Shown here: in pieces, positions 37,847-48,062 of the stretch | How positions within the stretch are numbered: the stretch's first letter is position 1 | How the letters are laid out: each line of letters begins with the position of its first letter | Origin: Candidatus Heimdallarchaeota archaeon | Lineage (GTDB): Archaea; Asgardarchaeota; Wukongarchaeia; Wukongarchaeales; JBHIFL01 | Assembly: GCA_046761065.1 (NCBI GenBank) | Contig: JBHIFL010000023.1 | Location: 1-49,930 of the forward strand | Direction of reading: 5' to 3' | DNA length: 49,930 nucleotides | The notes under the pieces: model-generated | Databases searched by the model: none | What the model saw: only the letters and a program-made list of their open reading frames with translations | Told to the model about the DNA's origin: nothing | Position numbers and translations under genes: made by a program

Positions 37847-39247
37847 ATGGTCCTAGAGTACTTAAAACCCAATGTCTTTCCTAATATTCTGGGAACAATC
37901 GGACAAACCCCTCTTATTGAGCTAACACGGGTCGCAAAAGGAATTCGTGCGAAAGTTTTTGCAAAGGCAGAACTCTTCAATCCAGGGGGAAGTGTGAAAG
38001 ACCGCATTGGAGTGGCGATGATTGAGGATGCAGAGCGGCGAGGGCTTCTTAAGCCCGGGGGTACAATTGTTGAAGCGACTTCAGGGAATACCGGAGTAGG
38101 TTTAGCGATTGCGGCTGCGGTGAAGGGGTACAAGATTGTTTTTACAATCCCAGATAAGATGAGCCAAGAGAAAATTGACCTCATGAAGGCTTTTGGGGCG
38201 CGCGTGATTGTCTGCCCTACTGCTGTGCCTCCAAACCATCCCGAGAGTTATTATTCGGTGGCAAAGCGTCTTGCTCAAGAAAACCCGAATACGTTTTTAG
38301 CAGATCAATATAACAACCCACAGAACCCAGAAGTGCATTATTGTACGACTGGTCCAGAGATCTGGGATCAAACGAACGGCGAGGTGGACTATTTTGTGGC
38401 AGGGATGGGGACAGGAGGAACCATTAGCGGAGTAGGTAGATTTCTCAAAGAGAGGAAGCCTGGGGTCAAGATAATTGGTGTGGACCCAATAGGCTCGATT
38501 TTGAAGGAGTATTTTGATACAGGGGTCTATATGCCCGAGAAAGCCCATACCTACAAAGTCGAAGGAATCGGCGAGGATATTATTCCCAAAGCATTGCACT
38601 GGCAGTTCATAGACGAGATCATCAAAGTTGGGGACAAAGATGCATTCCTCATGGCGCGCCAGTTAGCCCGAGAAGAAGGAATTCTTTGCGGGGGCTCTGC
38701 GGGAGCGGCGCTCTATGCGGCTCTGAAGGTTGCGAAAGAGCTGGATGACTCGAAGCTGGTTGTGGTACTCCTGCCAGACACGGGAGAGAGATATCTCAGC
38801 AAGCTCTATTCGGATGAGTGGATGCGAGAAAACCAGTTTATGGAGTATTCCAATGCGGAAAGCTTTCTCGAAATGAAACCAAGGGAACTTCCCAACTTAG
38901 TGGCGGTAAGTCCTGAACAGTCGGTTAGAGATACAATAAGTCTCATGGCAAAGTATGGGATTGATCAAATCCCTGTGATACAAAACGGAGTACCGCTCGG
39001 GACAGCCAAGGAGGCCCTCCTATTAAAAGCACTTATAAAAAATCCCGCGATTGCAAATCACCGGATAAGCGAGCACATGGACGAAACACTGCCTATTATT
39101 GACAGAGCTGCGGACATTGACCAGGTGCTGGACCATCTGATAGATAATTCAGCGGTTCTGGTGTCGAAAGATGAACAACTCATTGGGATCCTAACAAGGA
39201 TTGATCTGATCGATTTTCTGTCTAATCGTGGTATTTTGTTTATCTAA
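37847..39247 (+). CDS. cbs: Cystathionine beta-synthase (PLP core plus C-terminal CBS pair, no heme domain)
   Basis: NPGGSVKDRI, EATSGNTG, PDKMSQEK, GMGTGGT, YKVEGIG, RYLSKLYSDEWM, CBS domains. Confidence 0.9.
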   Translation: MVLEYLKPNVFPNILGTIGQTPLIELTRVAKGIRAKVFAKAELFNPGGSVKDRIGVAMIEDAERRGLLKPGGTIVEATSGNTGVGLAIAAAVKGYKIVFTIPDKMSQEKIDLMKAFGARVIVCPTAVPPNHPESYYSVAKRLAQENPNTFLADQYNNPQNPEVHYCTTGPEIWDQTNGEVDYFVAGMGTGGTISGVGRFLKERKPGVKIIGVDPIGSILKEYFDTGVYMPEKAHTYKVEGIGEDIIPKALHWQFIDEIIKVGDKDAFLMARQLAREEGILCGGSAGAALYAALKVAKELDDSKLVVVLLPDTGERYLSKLYSDEWMRENQFMEYSNAESFLEMKPRELPNLVAVSPEQSVRDTISLMAKYGIDQIPVIQNGVPLGTAKEALLLKALIKNPAIANHRISEHMDETLPIIDRAADIDQVLDHLIDNSAVLVSKDEQLIGILTRIDLIDFLSNRGILFI

Positions 39248-39375
39248 ATCTCATCATCCTACGCAAAACGATGTGTTGGAGTCAAGACTCTCAGAAGATA
39301 CTTTGAAATGGTTCAAAAGAAAGAATTAAACCATATTGAGCGTATTTTAAAGGAATTAAGCAGATAGGCTGTGAA

Positions 39376-40746
39376 GTGATGAAGATATTGCTAAAACATG
39401 AAGGTGTCAATAGGGTGGAGGCGTATAAGTTTGAAACCAAGGCAGTTCACGCGGGGCAACATCCCGATGAGGCTACTGGAGCGATTATTCCACCGATTTA
39501 CCAGACTGCGACGTACGTCTTAGAGGAAATCGGCAAAACAAAGGGATATGATTATTCACGTACGTCCAATCCGACGCGTACTATCCTAGAGCAACTTGTG
39601 GCGGCACTGGAGGGGTCGCAGTATGGGGTGGCATTTGCCTCGGGTATGGCAGCGATTGATGGGATTATCCGGGCACGTCTCCGGGCTAGAGATCATGTAG
39701 TAGTCTGCGATGATGCTTATGGAGGGGTATATCGGCTTTTTGAGCAGAATTTTCGAAAGTATGGACTGCAGTTCACTTATGTGGATACAACAGATCCTGA
39801 GAACGTGATGGACGCTATTCGCGACGAAACGCGGGTGGTGTGGCTAGAGACACCTACGAATCCGCTCCTGAAGGTGTCGGATCTGGAAGCGATTTCAGAC
39901 ATAGTACAACAAGTTAACCAACAACGGATCCCCTCGCCGCCGCGTGGGGCAGCCACGGATAAGCGGCTCGCCGGGGAAATCCCTGAGACACGGATTCTCA
40001 CCGTGGTTGACAACACGTTCATGACGCCATATTTCCTCCAGCCATTCAAATGGGGTGCAGATCTCAGTATCCATAGTACGACAAAGTACCTTAGCGGGCA
40101 CAATCAGCTCATTGGGGGCCTTGTCGTAGTTCGAGATGATCCTACACGGTGGTATTACAAACCACGGCCCGTAGAGAATGCCCCCCTCCGAGAGGGAGTC
40201 ACGGAATCCCCCAAGGGGACGGGGCAGACTGAGCTGGTTAATACGGTTTATCAAGATCTTAAATTTATTCAAAATGCGGTAGGTGCGACGCCTAGCCCCT
40301 TTGATTGCTGGTTGACCATCCTTGGTATCAAAACGCTTGCGCTTCGGATGCGGTGCCATGATAACAATGCACGCAAGATTGTTAGTTTTCTTACGCAACA
40401 CCCTAAAGTGGCACGAGTCTACTATCCAGGACTGGAAGGACACAAAAATCATGCCATTGCCAAACGGCAAATGACCGGATTTGGGGGTATAATCTCCTTC
40501 GAACTGAAAGGAGGGCTAGCAGATGGCTGTAAATTGATGAATCAAGTGAAGCTGTGGAGTCTTGCGGAGTCGCTAGGAGCTGTGGAGTCCATGATCACAC
40601 ACCCCGCGAGCATGACCCATGTTTCGGTTCCCCGAGATGTCCGGCTTGCCCGTGGGATCACGGATGGGCTTGTCCGCCTGTCAGTGGGAATTGAAAATGT
40701 AGATGATCTCATTGCTGACCTGCAACAGGCATTGGAGCAAATTTGA
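39376..40746 (+). CDS. Cystathionine gamma-lyase/synthase family enzyme with two in-frame insertions
   Basis: YDYSRTSNPT, FASGMAA, WLETPTNP, VDNTF, HSTTKYLSGH, LAESLG, HPASMTH, RLSVGIE; true start probably near 39415. Confidence 0.92.
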   Translation: MMKILLKHEGVNRVEAYKFETKAVHAGQHPDEATGAIIPPIYQTATYVLEEIGKTKGYDYSRTSNPTRTILEQLVAALEGSQYGVAFASGMAAIDGIIRARLRARDHVVVCDDAYGGVYRLFEQNFRKYGLQFTYVDTTDPENVMDAIRDETRVVWLETPTNPLLKVSDLEAISDIVQQVNQQRIPSPPRGAATDKRLAGEIPETRILTVVDNTFMTPYFLQPFKWGADLSIHSTTKYLSGHNQLIGGLVVVRDDPTRWYYKPRPVENAPLREGVTESPKGTGQTELVNTVYQDLKFIQNAVGATPSPFDCWLTILGIKTLALRMRCHDNNARKIVSFLTQHPKVARVYYPGLEGHKNHAIAKRQMTGFGGIISFELKGGLADGCKLMNQVKLWSLAESLGAVESMITHPASMTHVSVPRDVRLARGITDGLVRLSVGIENVDDLIADLQQALEQI

Positions 40747-41007
40747 CTTCCTAGCTCCTACAGCCTCTCTTTGACCAACGTTCCATCTTATCTCAGATGC
40801 CCTGACCTATAAGGGATCAACAAACGTATTACGATAAACCGAATGTATTAAGGAGCACATCTTGGTTCTGAGACATCAAATCCCCGTGTCGATTGTCCTT
40901 AAACTAATCGCGAAAAGTTAAACTCTAGAAACGAAACACGGGTTATCCATAACTGGCAGTAGATGGCATTCAAACGAGAAGACATCATTAACTAACACTT
41001 CACAAGT

Positions 41008-42099
41008 CTACGAGATTTCACAGGGATCTCTACGTAGGCATGTATAGATTAAGGCACCAATTGCAGTATCAATGATTGGAAGGCCCATGATAGTGCATGT
41101 ACTGAGAGGGCTAGCCTCCGCCTCATTTCTCAAAAGAGTACCAATAGAGAGGACATTTGAACTTTCCAGTCGCTCTTTAAGAGTGTTCCCGACCGAACTC
41201 TCAAGGCGTCGAGCAAGTTTCAGACTATCAAAGACGTGAGTGTGGAATTGGTCGACGAGGGAAGCTGCAAGAGCTTGTTTATTAGCATCGGCATAAATAA
41301 AGTGTTTTCTGTTTTTGATACTAAGGATGGATTCATTCACAATCTCTTGGTAATATGGAAGTGACATCGCATCAACGACGATGTCAGTATCTCTTCCTAG
41401 AGCTTCCTTAAGGTTTTCACAGGGGAGCAGGTCAACTTTATGATCGAGTTTTGCCTCGAACGTCCTCTTGAGGTAGTGTGTGACTCGTTCTCGAATGGAA
41501 GAGTACTCGCATTTCCTCGCAGCGACCATCCGGATGGTTTTCGGGGGCTTCCGTAACGCTGCCAAGGCAAAAACTACGGCAGTACCAATGGCTCCTATGC
41601 CCAATACAGACACAGAATACTCAGAGTCAGGCAATCCAATCGCTTCAATGCCAATTGCAACGCTGGATGCGGTTCGAAAGTCAGAGATGGCATCGCCACA
41701 CATGATGCTAACCAATTCCCCTGTGACATTGTCATATAGGCAAAAGAGGTTGTTCGATCGTCTTCGCCCTCGCTGTGGGTTTTTCTCATTAGCGCCGAAA
41801 GTTCGGACCCCTGAAAACCGCTCGCTTTCCCCTACCATTGTCCGAATCTTTGTTGGGTATTTTTCATCCTTTGAATTGACGTAAACAGCGACTTTATCGT
41901 AGACAAAGCGTCCTGGATGTTTCAATGCCTCCCTTGAGAGTTTATTAATTGTTTTAAAGGAGTAAATGCTTAATGGAAATCCCTTCTGGATTTCTTCGTG
42001 GGGGATGATGGTTACAGGCATTTCTTGACCTAATAAATCGAGTGTGTAGGGGTTTTTGAAACCTTTTAGATTATCTATTTTTTGCATTATGAAATCCAC
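41008..42099 (-). CDS. Divergent ornithine cyclodeaminase / mu-crystallin family protein
   Basis: N..NP..G, LYDNVTG, ISDFRTASS, VLGIGAIG Rossmann motif, C-terminal GLPIID. Confidence 0.75.
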   Translation of the reverse strand: MDFIMQKIDNLKGFKNPYTLDLLGQEMPVTIIPHEEIQKGFPLSIYSFKTINKLSREALKHPGRFVYDKVAVYVNSKDEKYPTKIRTMVGESERFSGVRTFGANEKNPQRGRRRSNNLFCLYDNVTGELVSIMCGDAISDFRTASSVAIGIEAIGLPDSEYSVSVLGIGAIGTAVVFALAALRKPPKTIRMVAARKCEYSSIRERVTHYLKRTFEAKLDHKVDLLPCENLKEALGRDTDIVVDAMSLPYYQEIVNESILSIKNRKHFIYADANKQALAASLVDQFHTHVFDSLKLARRLESSVGNTLKERLESSNVLSIGTLLRNEAEASPLSTCTIMGLPIIDTAIGALIYTCLRRDPCEIS

Positions 42100-43136
42100 T
42101 CCCCTTTCCTAATTGTTTCAATTTTTTCGAGCAACTTTCGTAGTGTATCAAACAAATCGCCAACGATCCCATAATCTGCAGCCTCAAAGATTGGTGCACT
42201 GGGATCTTTGTTAATAGCAACTATGTTTTGAGAATTTTTCACGCCTACTAAATGTTGGATTGCTCCCGAAATGCCACATGCTATGTAAATATCAGGTTTT
42301 ACAGCTTGCCCGGTTAATCCAATTTGATGGGTGGAAGAGATCCAACCAGCATCGACCGCGGCCCTTGTCGCACCAACCTCGGCTCCGAGAAGGTCGGCTA
42401 ATTTTTTTATCATTTTAAAGCCTTCAGGCCCGCCAACCCCTCGACCGCCGCCAACAATTATCTTAGCGTCTTCTAGACTTGTTTCATTCTTTTTTCTGAT
42501 TGTTTTGAGAATGTCTATAACAAGGTCGCTTTCTTCTAGGTCACCATTACAATGTATTATTTTACCTGTTCGTTTGGGATCCATATGTAATGGCTCAAAA
42601 ATTCCGTGTCGTACCGTAGCCATTTGGGGGTGACACTCAGGAGTGAAGATCGTCGCCATTATATCTCCACCAAAAGCGGGCCTAATCTGGTAGAGGACCC
42701 TGTCATAGCGTTTCCCGCTTTTTTTATCATGATAGTCTCCAATGTCAAGATCGGTACAATCAGCGGTAAGTCCTGTTTCTAATCTTGTGGCGATTCGAGG
42801 TGCCAAGTCTCTTCCGGTGGTATCGGCAACAAAAAGAACGATTTTGGGCTTTTCCATGCGTATGAGGCTGGTTACGGCTTTAGCGTAAGGGATTGTTGAA
42901 TAAAGTTTGAGTTTTTCATCATTTACCAAGTAGATTTTGTCAACACCATAGGTTATCAGTTCATGGGCCAATGGTTCGATATTGTAGCCGAGAAGCACCG
43001 CGGATAAGTCGACTTTACTTTTATCTGCCAATTGCCTTCCCTTAGCTATGAGTTCAAGAGTGGACTTGGTGAGTTTTTTGTTATGGTGGTTTGCGTATAC
43101 CCATATTCCATTATATTCGCGTTCCAACAATATCAC
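42087..43136 (-). CDS. etfA: Electron transfer flavoprotein subunit alpha
   Basis: GRDLAPR, GLTADCT, QIRPAFGG, PQMATVR, GGGRG, QIGLTG, GISGAIQH. Confidence 0.96.
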   Translation of the reverse strand: MILLEREYNGIWVYANHHNKKLTKSTLELIAKGRQLADKSKVDLSAVLLGYNIEPLAHELITYGVDKIYLVNDEKLKLYSTIPYAKAVTSLIRMEKPKIVLFVADTTGRDLAPRIATRLETGLTADCTDLDIGDYHDKKSGKRYDRVLYQIRPAFGGDIMATIFTPECHPQMATVRHGIFEPLHMDPKRTGKIIHCNGDLEESDLVIDILKTIRKKNETSLEDAKIIVGGGRGVGGPEGFKMIKKLADLLGAEVGATRAAVDAGWISSTHQIGLTGQAVKPDIYIACGISGAIQHLVGVKNSQNIVAINKDPSAPIFEAADYGIVGDLFDTLRKLLEKIETIRKGEWIS

Positions 43137-43940
43137 CTAAATCCCGAGATTTATACCTTCTTCGCCCAATTTTCTCAGTAAAATATCGAGAACTTCGTCT
43201 GTGGTTTCCCCTTCAATGATATACTTACTTCTCGGCGACATGGCCTTCGTAATTTTCATTAGCTTTGTTGGTGACCCTCCCAAGCCGATTTTAGTTTCAT
43301 CCGCTTTGATATCACTTGCTGACCATGTAGTTAGGCTGTGCTTTGTTGCTTTTAGGACGCCCGCAAAAGTGGTGTCGCGAGGTTCATTAGCCGTATTTGT
43401 AATTGTCAATAAAGCTGGAATTGGTACTCGGACTAGTTCATAACCACCCTCAAGCATGCGTTTCGCGTTTATGTAGTTTTTATGAAGTTCAAACTCTTCA
43501 ATGTACGTCAATTGCGGTATTCCAAGACGTTCAGCAACCCCGGGCCCAACTTGGCCTGTATTGCCGTCAGTGGCTTCCATCCCGCATAATATTAGATTGT
43601 AATAGCTGAGATTTTTGATCGCACAGCTTAAAGCGTAGGATGTAGCTAAAGTATCAGACCCAGCAAATTTTCTGTCGGAAAGCAAGATTGCTTTGTCTGC
43701 TCCCAGAGCTAGGGCCTCTCGGAGGGCATCTTCAGCTTTTGGGGGTCCCATCGAAAGAACAGTTATTGTGGCATCATATTGTTCTTTGAGGTTAAGTGCG
43801 GCCTCTAAGGCGTTTTTATCATAGGGATTGATTATTGACCTCCCTTTTTCCCGATCGAGGGTTCCATCTGGTTTTATTCCTGCGAAGCCATTAGGGTCAG
43901 GAACCTGCTTAATCAGAACGATAATGTGGAGTGGCATCAA
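43137..43940 (-). CDS. etfB: Electron transfer flavoprotein subunit beta
   Basis: KQVPD, INPYD, SMGPP, FAGSDTLATS, CGMEATDGNTGQVGP, GLGGSPT. Confidence 0.96.
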   Translation of the reverse strand: MMPLHIIVLIKQVPDPNGFAGIKPDGTLDREKGRSIINPYDKNALEAALNLKEQYDATITVLSMGPPKAEDALREALALGADKAILLSDRKFAGSDTLATSYALSCAIKNLSYYNLILCGMEATDGNTGQVGPGVAERLGIPQLTYIEEFELHKNYINAKRMLEGGYELVRVPIPALLTITNTANEPRDTTFAGVLKATKHSLTTWSASDIKADETKIGLGGSPTKLMKITKAMSPRSKYIIEGETTDEVLDILLRKLGEEGINLGI

Positions 43941-46507
43941 ATCCCTCTTTCATATTTTGTAAGTGCGACAATCTCAATCGGTACGACTTTCCTGTAGACC
44001 TCTTGTGGGCTTCGGAGGACTCCATCAACTGTAAGAAGGTCTTGAACACGTATTCCAAATAGACTTTCATTTTCTTGGAGTAAGGGCATCATTCGATCCC
44101 AATCATCAGCAGACAAGGGAACGAGTTTTCCGCCATTCAGCTGATCTTCTCTAACCGATCGTCGCGGATCCCGTAAATAGACTGCACTCGCCGCGGCGAG
44201 GGGCCATAAGTTCCCCCCATGATAGGGAGTTTCCTGCTCAACAAGTTCTCCTGCGTCATTGAAGCGAATACCATTCAAAATAGTGAAGCCGTGAGCTGCC
44301 ATGCATGATTCGCCCATATAATCCTTACAAGAGCCATTGATCACAGCAGTCGCACTTCCCACCGCATTGATCAAGGGCCTGTCGATTAAATCGCCCAGAA
44401 TAAAGGTTACTCCTCCTTTGGCGCCATACTCAAACGCTTTGCCCGCATCGCCATAAATAACTAGTTTTCCGGATTTGAAACAATAGGCAACTGAATCTTG
44501 AGCGCTTTCATGCACATAGAATTCTGGTCCATCAGCAAACGCAGCGAGACAATCGCCCACCCTACCGTATATATCAATTTTTACTTTTTTTCGCGTTACA
44601 AGCCCCGCCCCAAAGTTTCTGTGTCCCCTAAAATTATAGGCGATGAAATTTCGCCATCCGAGGTCGTGAGCTTTGTTAAGGAACTGACAGGTCCCATTAT
44701 CTCCTTGAGGTTCGAAATCAACAACATCAATAACTAGAATTTGATTAGTAATTGAAGGCCTTCTTAGTTTGTTTCGGGTTTCCCAGTTGATTAAACAATA
44801 TTGACTGTTTAAAGCCGTTTCTATGGGAGGAACAGATCTAAAAATGTTGTATAGGCCGTTTTCAATCAAATTAACGACATCATTTCTCTTTTTCGTTCCC
44901 GTGTTATATCGCCTATTAAGGAGAAGAGTTAACACCTCAATTGCAAGTGATTTCTCTGTATCACCCTTCACCGCTAATTGCCGGAGTTTTTTAACAAAAT
45001 AAGATAATTCACTGAAAGTCCAATTTTGAATACTCTGAGAAATATGACGATAGAGTTCCATGGGGCTTGTTACTTTTGTAAATTTTCTATCAATGTCTGG
45101 AAAAGCTCTTCCAGGATTAGAAATGGACTTGACTTTAGAGTGCTGCTGAAGGGTTGGGGTTGTGATGCGTTTTCCAAACTTATCGGTGCATGTGAGATTT
45201 TTCGACTCATCGAGTGAATATATGAACGCCCCTCCATCGGTGTAGCTTCCCCCTCTGGCATACCAATAGCGATCAGCTCTTGGATAGAATCGTTCATCAT
45301 CTCCTGCTAACTTTTCGAGCATCGCATCGATTGCTTGTTTCTCCGATGCGATGAGCCCAATTTGGACAGTACCTTCTTGAAGGGCAAACACTTGGGGTCT
45401 TAGCATGGACGTATCAGTTATCCCGATAAGCTGAACTTGCTTGGTATTAGGAATGTTTCGTGCTATAATGAAAAACCAGGGGCCGTCGGGGGTGCCATGA
45501 ATGTGTGTAGCTTGAATGGCACGATAAATGGGCTTTTTTTCGTCTGGTAGGATTGTAAAGTCTCGTTCCGTTGTTGGGGCAATGGCTTCGATGGCATATT
45601 CTAAGGGATAGCAATAAATACGGGTTAAAAGATCCCAGTAGAGAATAGCAACTTCTGTATCAGTTAAAAAGAGCGGAGATAAGTTTCTTTGGTTAAGGTA
45701 TTCTGTGATTGAATAGTAGTTTGCAAAATCACCGTTATGAACCAATGCATCATGTAATCCGATGAAGGGGTGGGCCCCCCCGGGATGCCAAATCGTACCT
45801 TTCGTAGGATATCTCTGATGGCCAATCCACACATACGCTTCTAAGTCTTCAATCTGATAATACTGGAGAACCTGCTCTGCATACCCGACAATCTTTAAAA
45901 CAAACATGTTTTTTCCATGCGAAACAACAAACGCTTTTTTATCCCCCAGTGAAGCATAGAACTTTTTGTTTAACGCAAAGCTGTTTCGATAAATGAACTC
46001 GTCCTCTGCTTGACTTGGAGCTAATTCTTCCAGGTGGTTTTTTTCTACAAACCGTTCTAATAAGTCCTCATCCACCCTGACAAAATATCTCCACACGTCT
46101 GGGGGTCTAACCTCCAGTCCAAGACGTCTATAATCTTGCAGGGTTGAAATTTTTTCAGTATAATCAAGATGTAGATATGGCTCAATGAATTCCATCTCAA
46201 CCTTCTTTCTGGAATTAGAATCAAGGTAAGCCACTTGCAACAGATAACTCTCTTCCAAAACCTTCGTGGGAACCCCCAATTGGTGATGAGAGAGTCCCAC
46301 TGCCGCGATGCCCCCACCTTTCCCATTGCCACGGTTGTGCATCTGCACCATTGGCTGGAACAGATACCTTCCTTTTAGCGGAACAGAACAAGCAACGCCA
46401 AGAACCCCGCAGCCACCCTCCGCCACCTCCTTATGAATCATGATGTCAGAAAGCGCGGGGGGGGACCTTTGCGGTGAGTAAAACGTTTGGGGAGGGAGTT
46501 TAAGCAT
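43937..46507 (-). CDS. Glutamate synthase-like subunit: Ntn glutamine amidotransferase domain fused to a C-terminal GXGXG beta-helix domain (GltB1+GltB3)
   Basis: EGGCGVLG, HNRGNG, GHQRYPT, AHPF, VHNGD, TDTEV, DGPW; C-terminal GRVGDCLA..AQD..GDAG..YGAKGG. Confidence 0.88.
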   Translation of the reverse strand: MLKLPPQTFYSPQRSPPALSDIMIHKEVAEGGCGVLGVACSVPLKGRYLFQPMVQMHNRGNGKGGGIAAVGLSHHQLGVPTKVLEESYLLQVAYLDSNSRKKVEMEFIEPYLHLDYTEKISTLQDYRRLGLEVRPPDVWRYFVRVDEDLLERFVEKNHLEELAPSQAEDEFIYRNSFALNKKFYASLGDKKAFVVSHGKNMFVLKIVGYAEQVLQYYQIEDLEAYVWIGHQRYPTKGTIWHPGGAHPFIGLHDALVHNGDFANYYSITEYLNQRNLSPLFLTDTEVAILYWDLLTRIYCYPLEYAIEAIAPTTERDFTILPDEKKPIYRAIQATHIHGTPDGPWFFIIARNIPNTKQVQLIGITDTSMLRPQVFALQEGTVQIGLIASEKQAIDAMLEKLAGDDERFYPRADRYWYARGGSYTDGGAFIYSLDESKNLTCTDKFGKRITTPTLQQHSKVKSISNPGRAFPDIDRKFTKVTSPMELYRHISQSIQNWTFSELSYFVKKLRQLAVKGDTEKSLAIEVLTLLLNRRYNTGTKKRNDVVNLIENGLYNIFRSVPPIETALNSQYCLINWETRNKLRRPSITNQILVIDVVDFEPQGDNGTCQFLNKAHDLGWRNFIAYNFRGHRNFGAGLVTRKKVKIDIYGRVGDCLAAFADGPEFYVHESAQDSVAYCFKSGKLVIYGDAGKAFEYGAKGGVTFILGDLIDRPLINAVGSATAVINGSCKDYMGESCMAAHGFTILNGIRFNDAGELVEQETPYHGGNLWPLAAASAVYLRDPRRSVREDQLNGGKLVPLSADDWDRMMPLLQENESLFGIRVQDLLTVDGVLRSPQEVYRKVVPIEIVALTKYERGI

Positions 46508-46511
46508 GATA

Positions 46512-48062
46512 TCACCTTAAATAGTCAAGATGAACAAGATGGTTGAATCGACCGTGCTTGAACTTGATCTCTCCCGTCGGACGGAGTTCTCGGATACTTA
46601 CTAAGTCGAGTCTTGTCAGAATGTAATGCCACTGGCGTTTCCACGAATGATATAGGTTGATAATCCGCTGAGCTCCCCAATCGGGGTCAATTAAATGCAT
46701 AAGAGCCAGATCAGTCGTAGCAATACCCGAGGGACAGCCTTTCCCTCGCTCACAATTCTCACATCGTTTGCATCCAAGTGCAACGAGTTCAGCCGTTCCA
46801 ATGATCACCCCATCCGCGCCCAAGGCAATGATTTTAGCCACATCAAAGGCGGTTCGTATTCCCCCGCTAGCCAGAATTACCATTTCATCCCTGACACCTT
46901 CGTTCACCAAATAATTATGAACGATTGGAATCGCATATTCGATTGGCAGGCCGATGTTCTTTTTGGCGATGTCAGGGGCAGCCCCGGTTCCTCCACAGCC
47001 GCCATCGATTTGTAAGATGTTGGCGTAGGCATAGTAGCTGCCAATTGCAACCATGTCCACATCAGTAGGGGTAGAAACCTTAACAGAAACCAGAGCTCTG
47101 GGATTGATGTCTTTCATTAATTGAACATGCCGATAATGATCTTCTACCGAATACACGTTGTGAAATGGAAATGGGGAAAACAAGCTGATATGGGGAACGA
47201 CCTCCCGGATTTGTGCAACCTCGGGGGTCACTTTATCGGCCAGTAAATGGCCGCCTAACCCCGGTTTAGCCCCTTGAGCATATTTCAAGACTATGATTCG
47301 TGCTCGTTGGATTGTTTCAGCGTTCACCCCAAAATGACCGGTCGCTACTTGGGTGATCACATGATCTTTGTAGGGGACTAACTCATCCGGATAGCCCCCT
47401 TCCCCCGTGCTTGTGAACGTACCCCAAGCTTTGGCCGCTTTAGCTCTCGCAAGCATTACGTTCAAGCTCACAGAACCGAAAGACATGTCTGCGCCATAAA
47501 CTGGGATGGGGATTTCTAGTTTTGCCCGTCCATCATTCCTTTTGTTCAGAACTATTGACGTATCGACGTATGTTTCATTAAACAGCTCAGTAACATCGAG
47601 TTTTTCTTCGTTCAATTCAAACTCAAAGCGGATTTTATCAAATCCTCCTCCTGAAGCTCCAATTCTATATTGGTAGTGTGGAGTTAGTCTGCCAGTTGTC
47701 GCTTGTTCCCAAGTGGATAAGATTAAATCAGCAGTCCATCGTAGATCGCCAAGAGCCAGATATTGGGAATTGAAGTCAAGCGTTAACGCGTTAGTAGGAC
47801 ATTCTTTCACGCAGCGTTTACAACTAGGTCCCAGGCATGAAGCCCTTGGATTACTTAAACGCAGATAGCTCACAGGCGTTTTAAACGCTTCATAATCAAT
47901 TGGCGCCGCTCCTATGTATTCGGGGCATAGTTCGGCACAAATCCCACATGCTATACATTTAGCCCTATCTAGGAGGACCTCATACTTTTCTATAGGAATT
48001 GGATATTTAGATGGGGCAACCTTTATTTTGGGTGTTTGCAAATGGAGTTGAGATTGTATCAT
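46512..48062 (-). CDS. Glutamate synthase FMN-binding subunit (GltB2) with N-terminal ferredoxin
   Basis: CIACGICAELCP, MSFGS, TGEGG, QVATGHFG, KYAQGAKPGLGG, IDGGCGGTGAAP, SGGIR, CKRCENCERGKGCP. Confidence 0.92.
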   Translation of the reverse strand: MIQSQLHLQTPKIKVAPSKYPIPIEKYEVLLDRAKCIACGICAELCPEYIGAAPIDYEAFKTPVSYLRLSNPRASCLGPSCKRCVKECPTNALTLDFNSQYLALGDLRWTADLILSTWEQATTGRLTPHYQYRIGASGGGFDKIRFEFELNEEKLDVTELFNETYVDTSIVLNKRNDGRAKLEIPIPVYGADMSFGSVSLNVMLARAKAAKAWGTFTSTGEGGYPDELVPYKDHVITQVATGHFGVNAETIQRARIIVLKYAQGAKPGLGGHLLADKVTPEVAQIREVVPHISLFSPFPFHNVYSVEDHYRHVQLMKDINPRALVSVKVSTPTDVDMVAIGSYYAYANILQIDGGCGGTGAAPDIAKKNIGLPIEYAIPIVHNYLVNEGVRDEMVILASGGIRTAFDVAKIIALGADGVIIGTAELVALGCKRCENCERGKGCPSGIATTDLALMHLIDPDWGAQRIINLYHSWKRQWHYILTRLDLVSIRELRPTGEIKFKHGRFNHLVHLDYLR

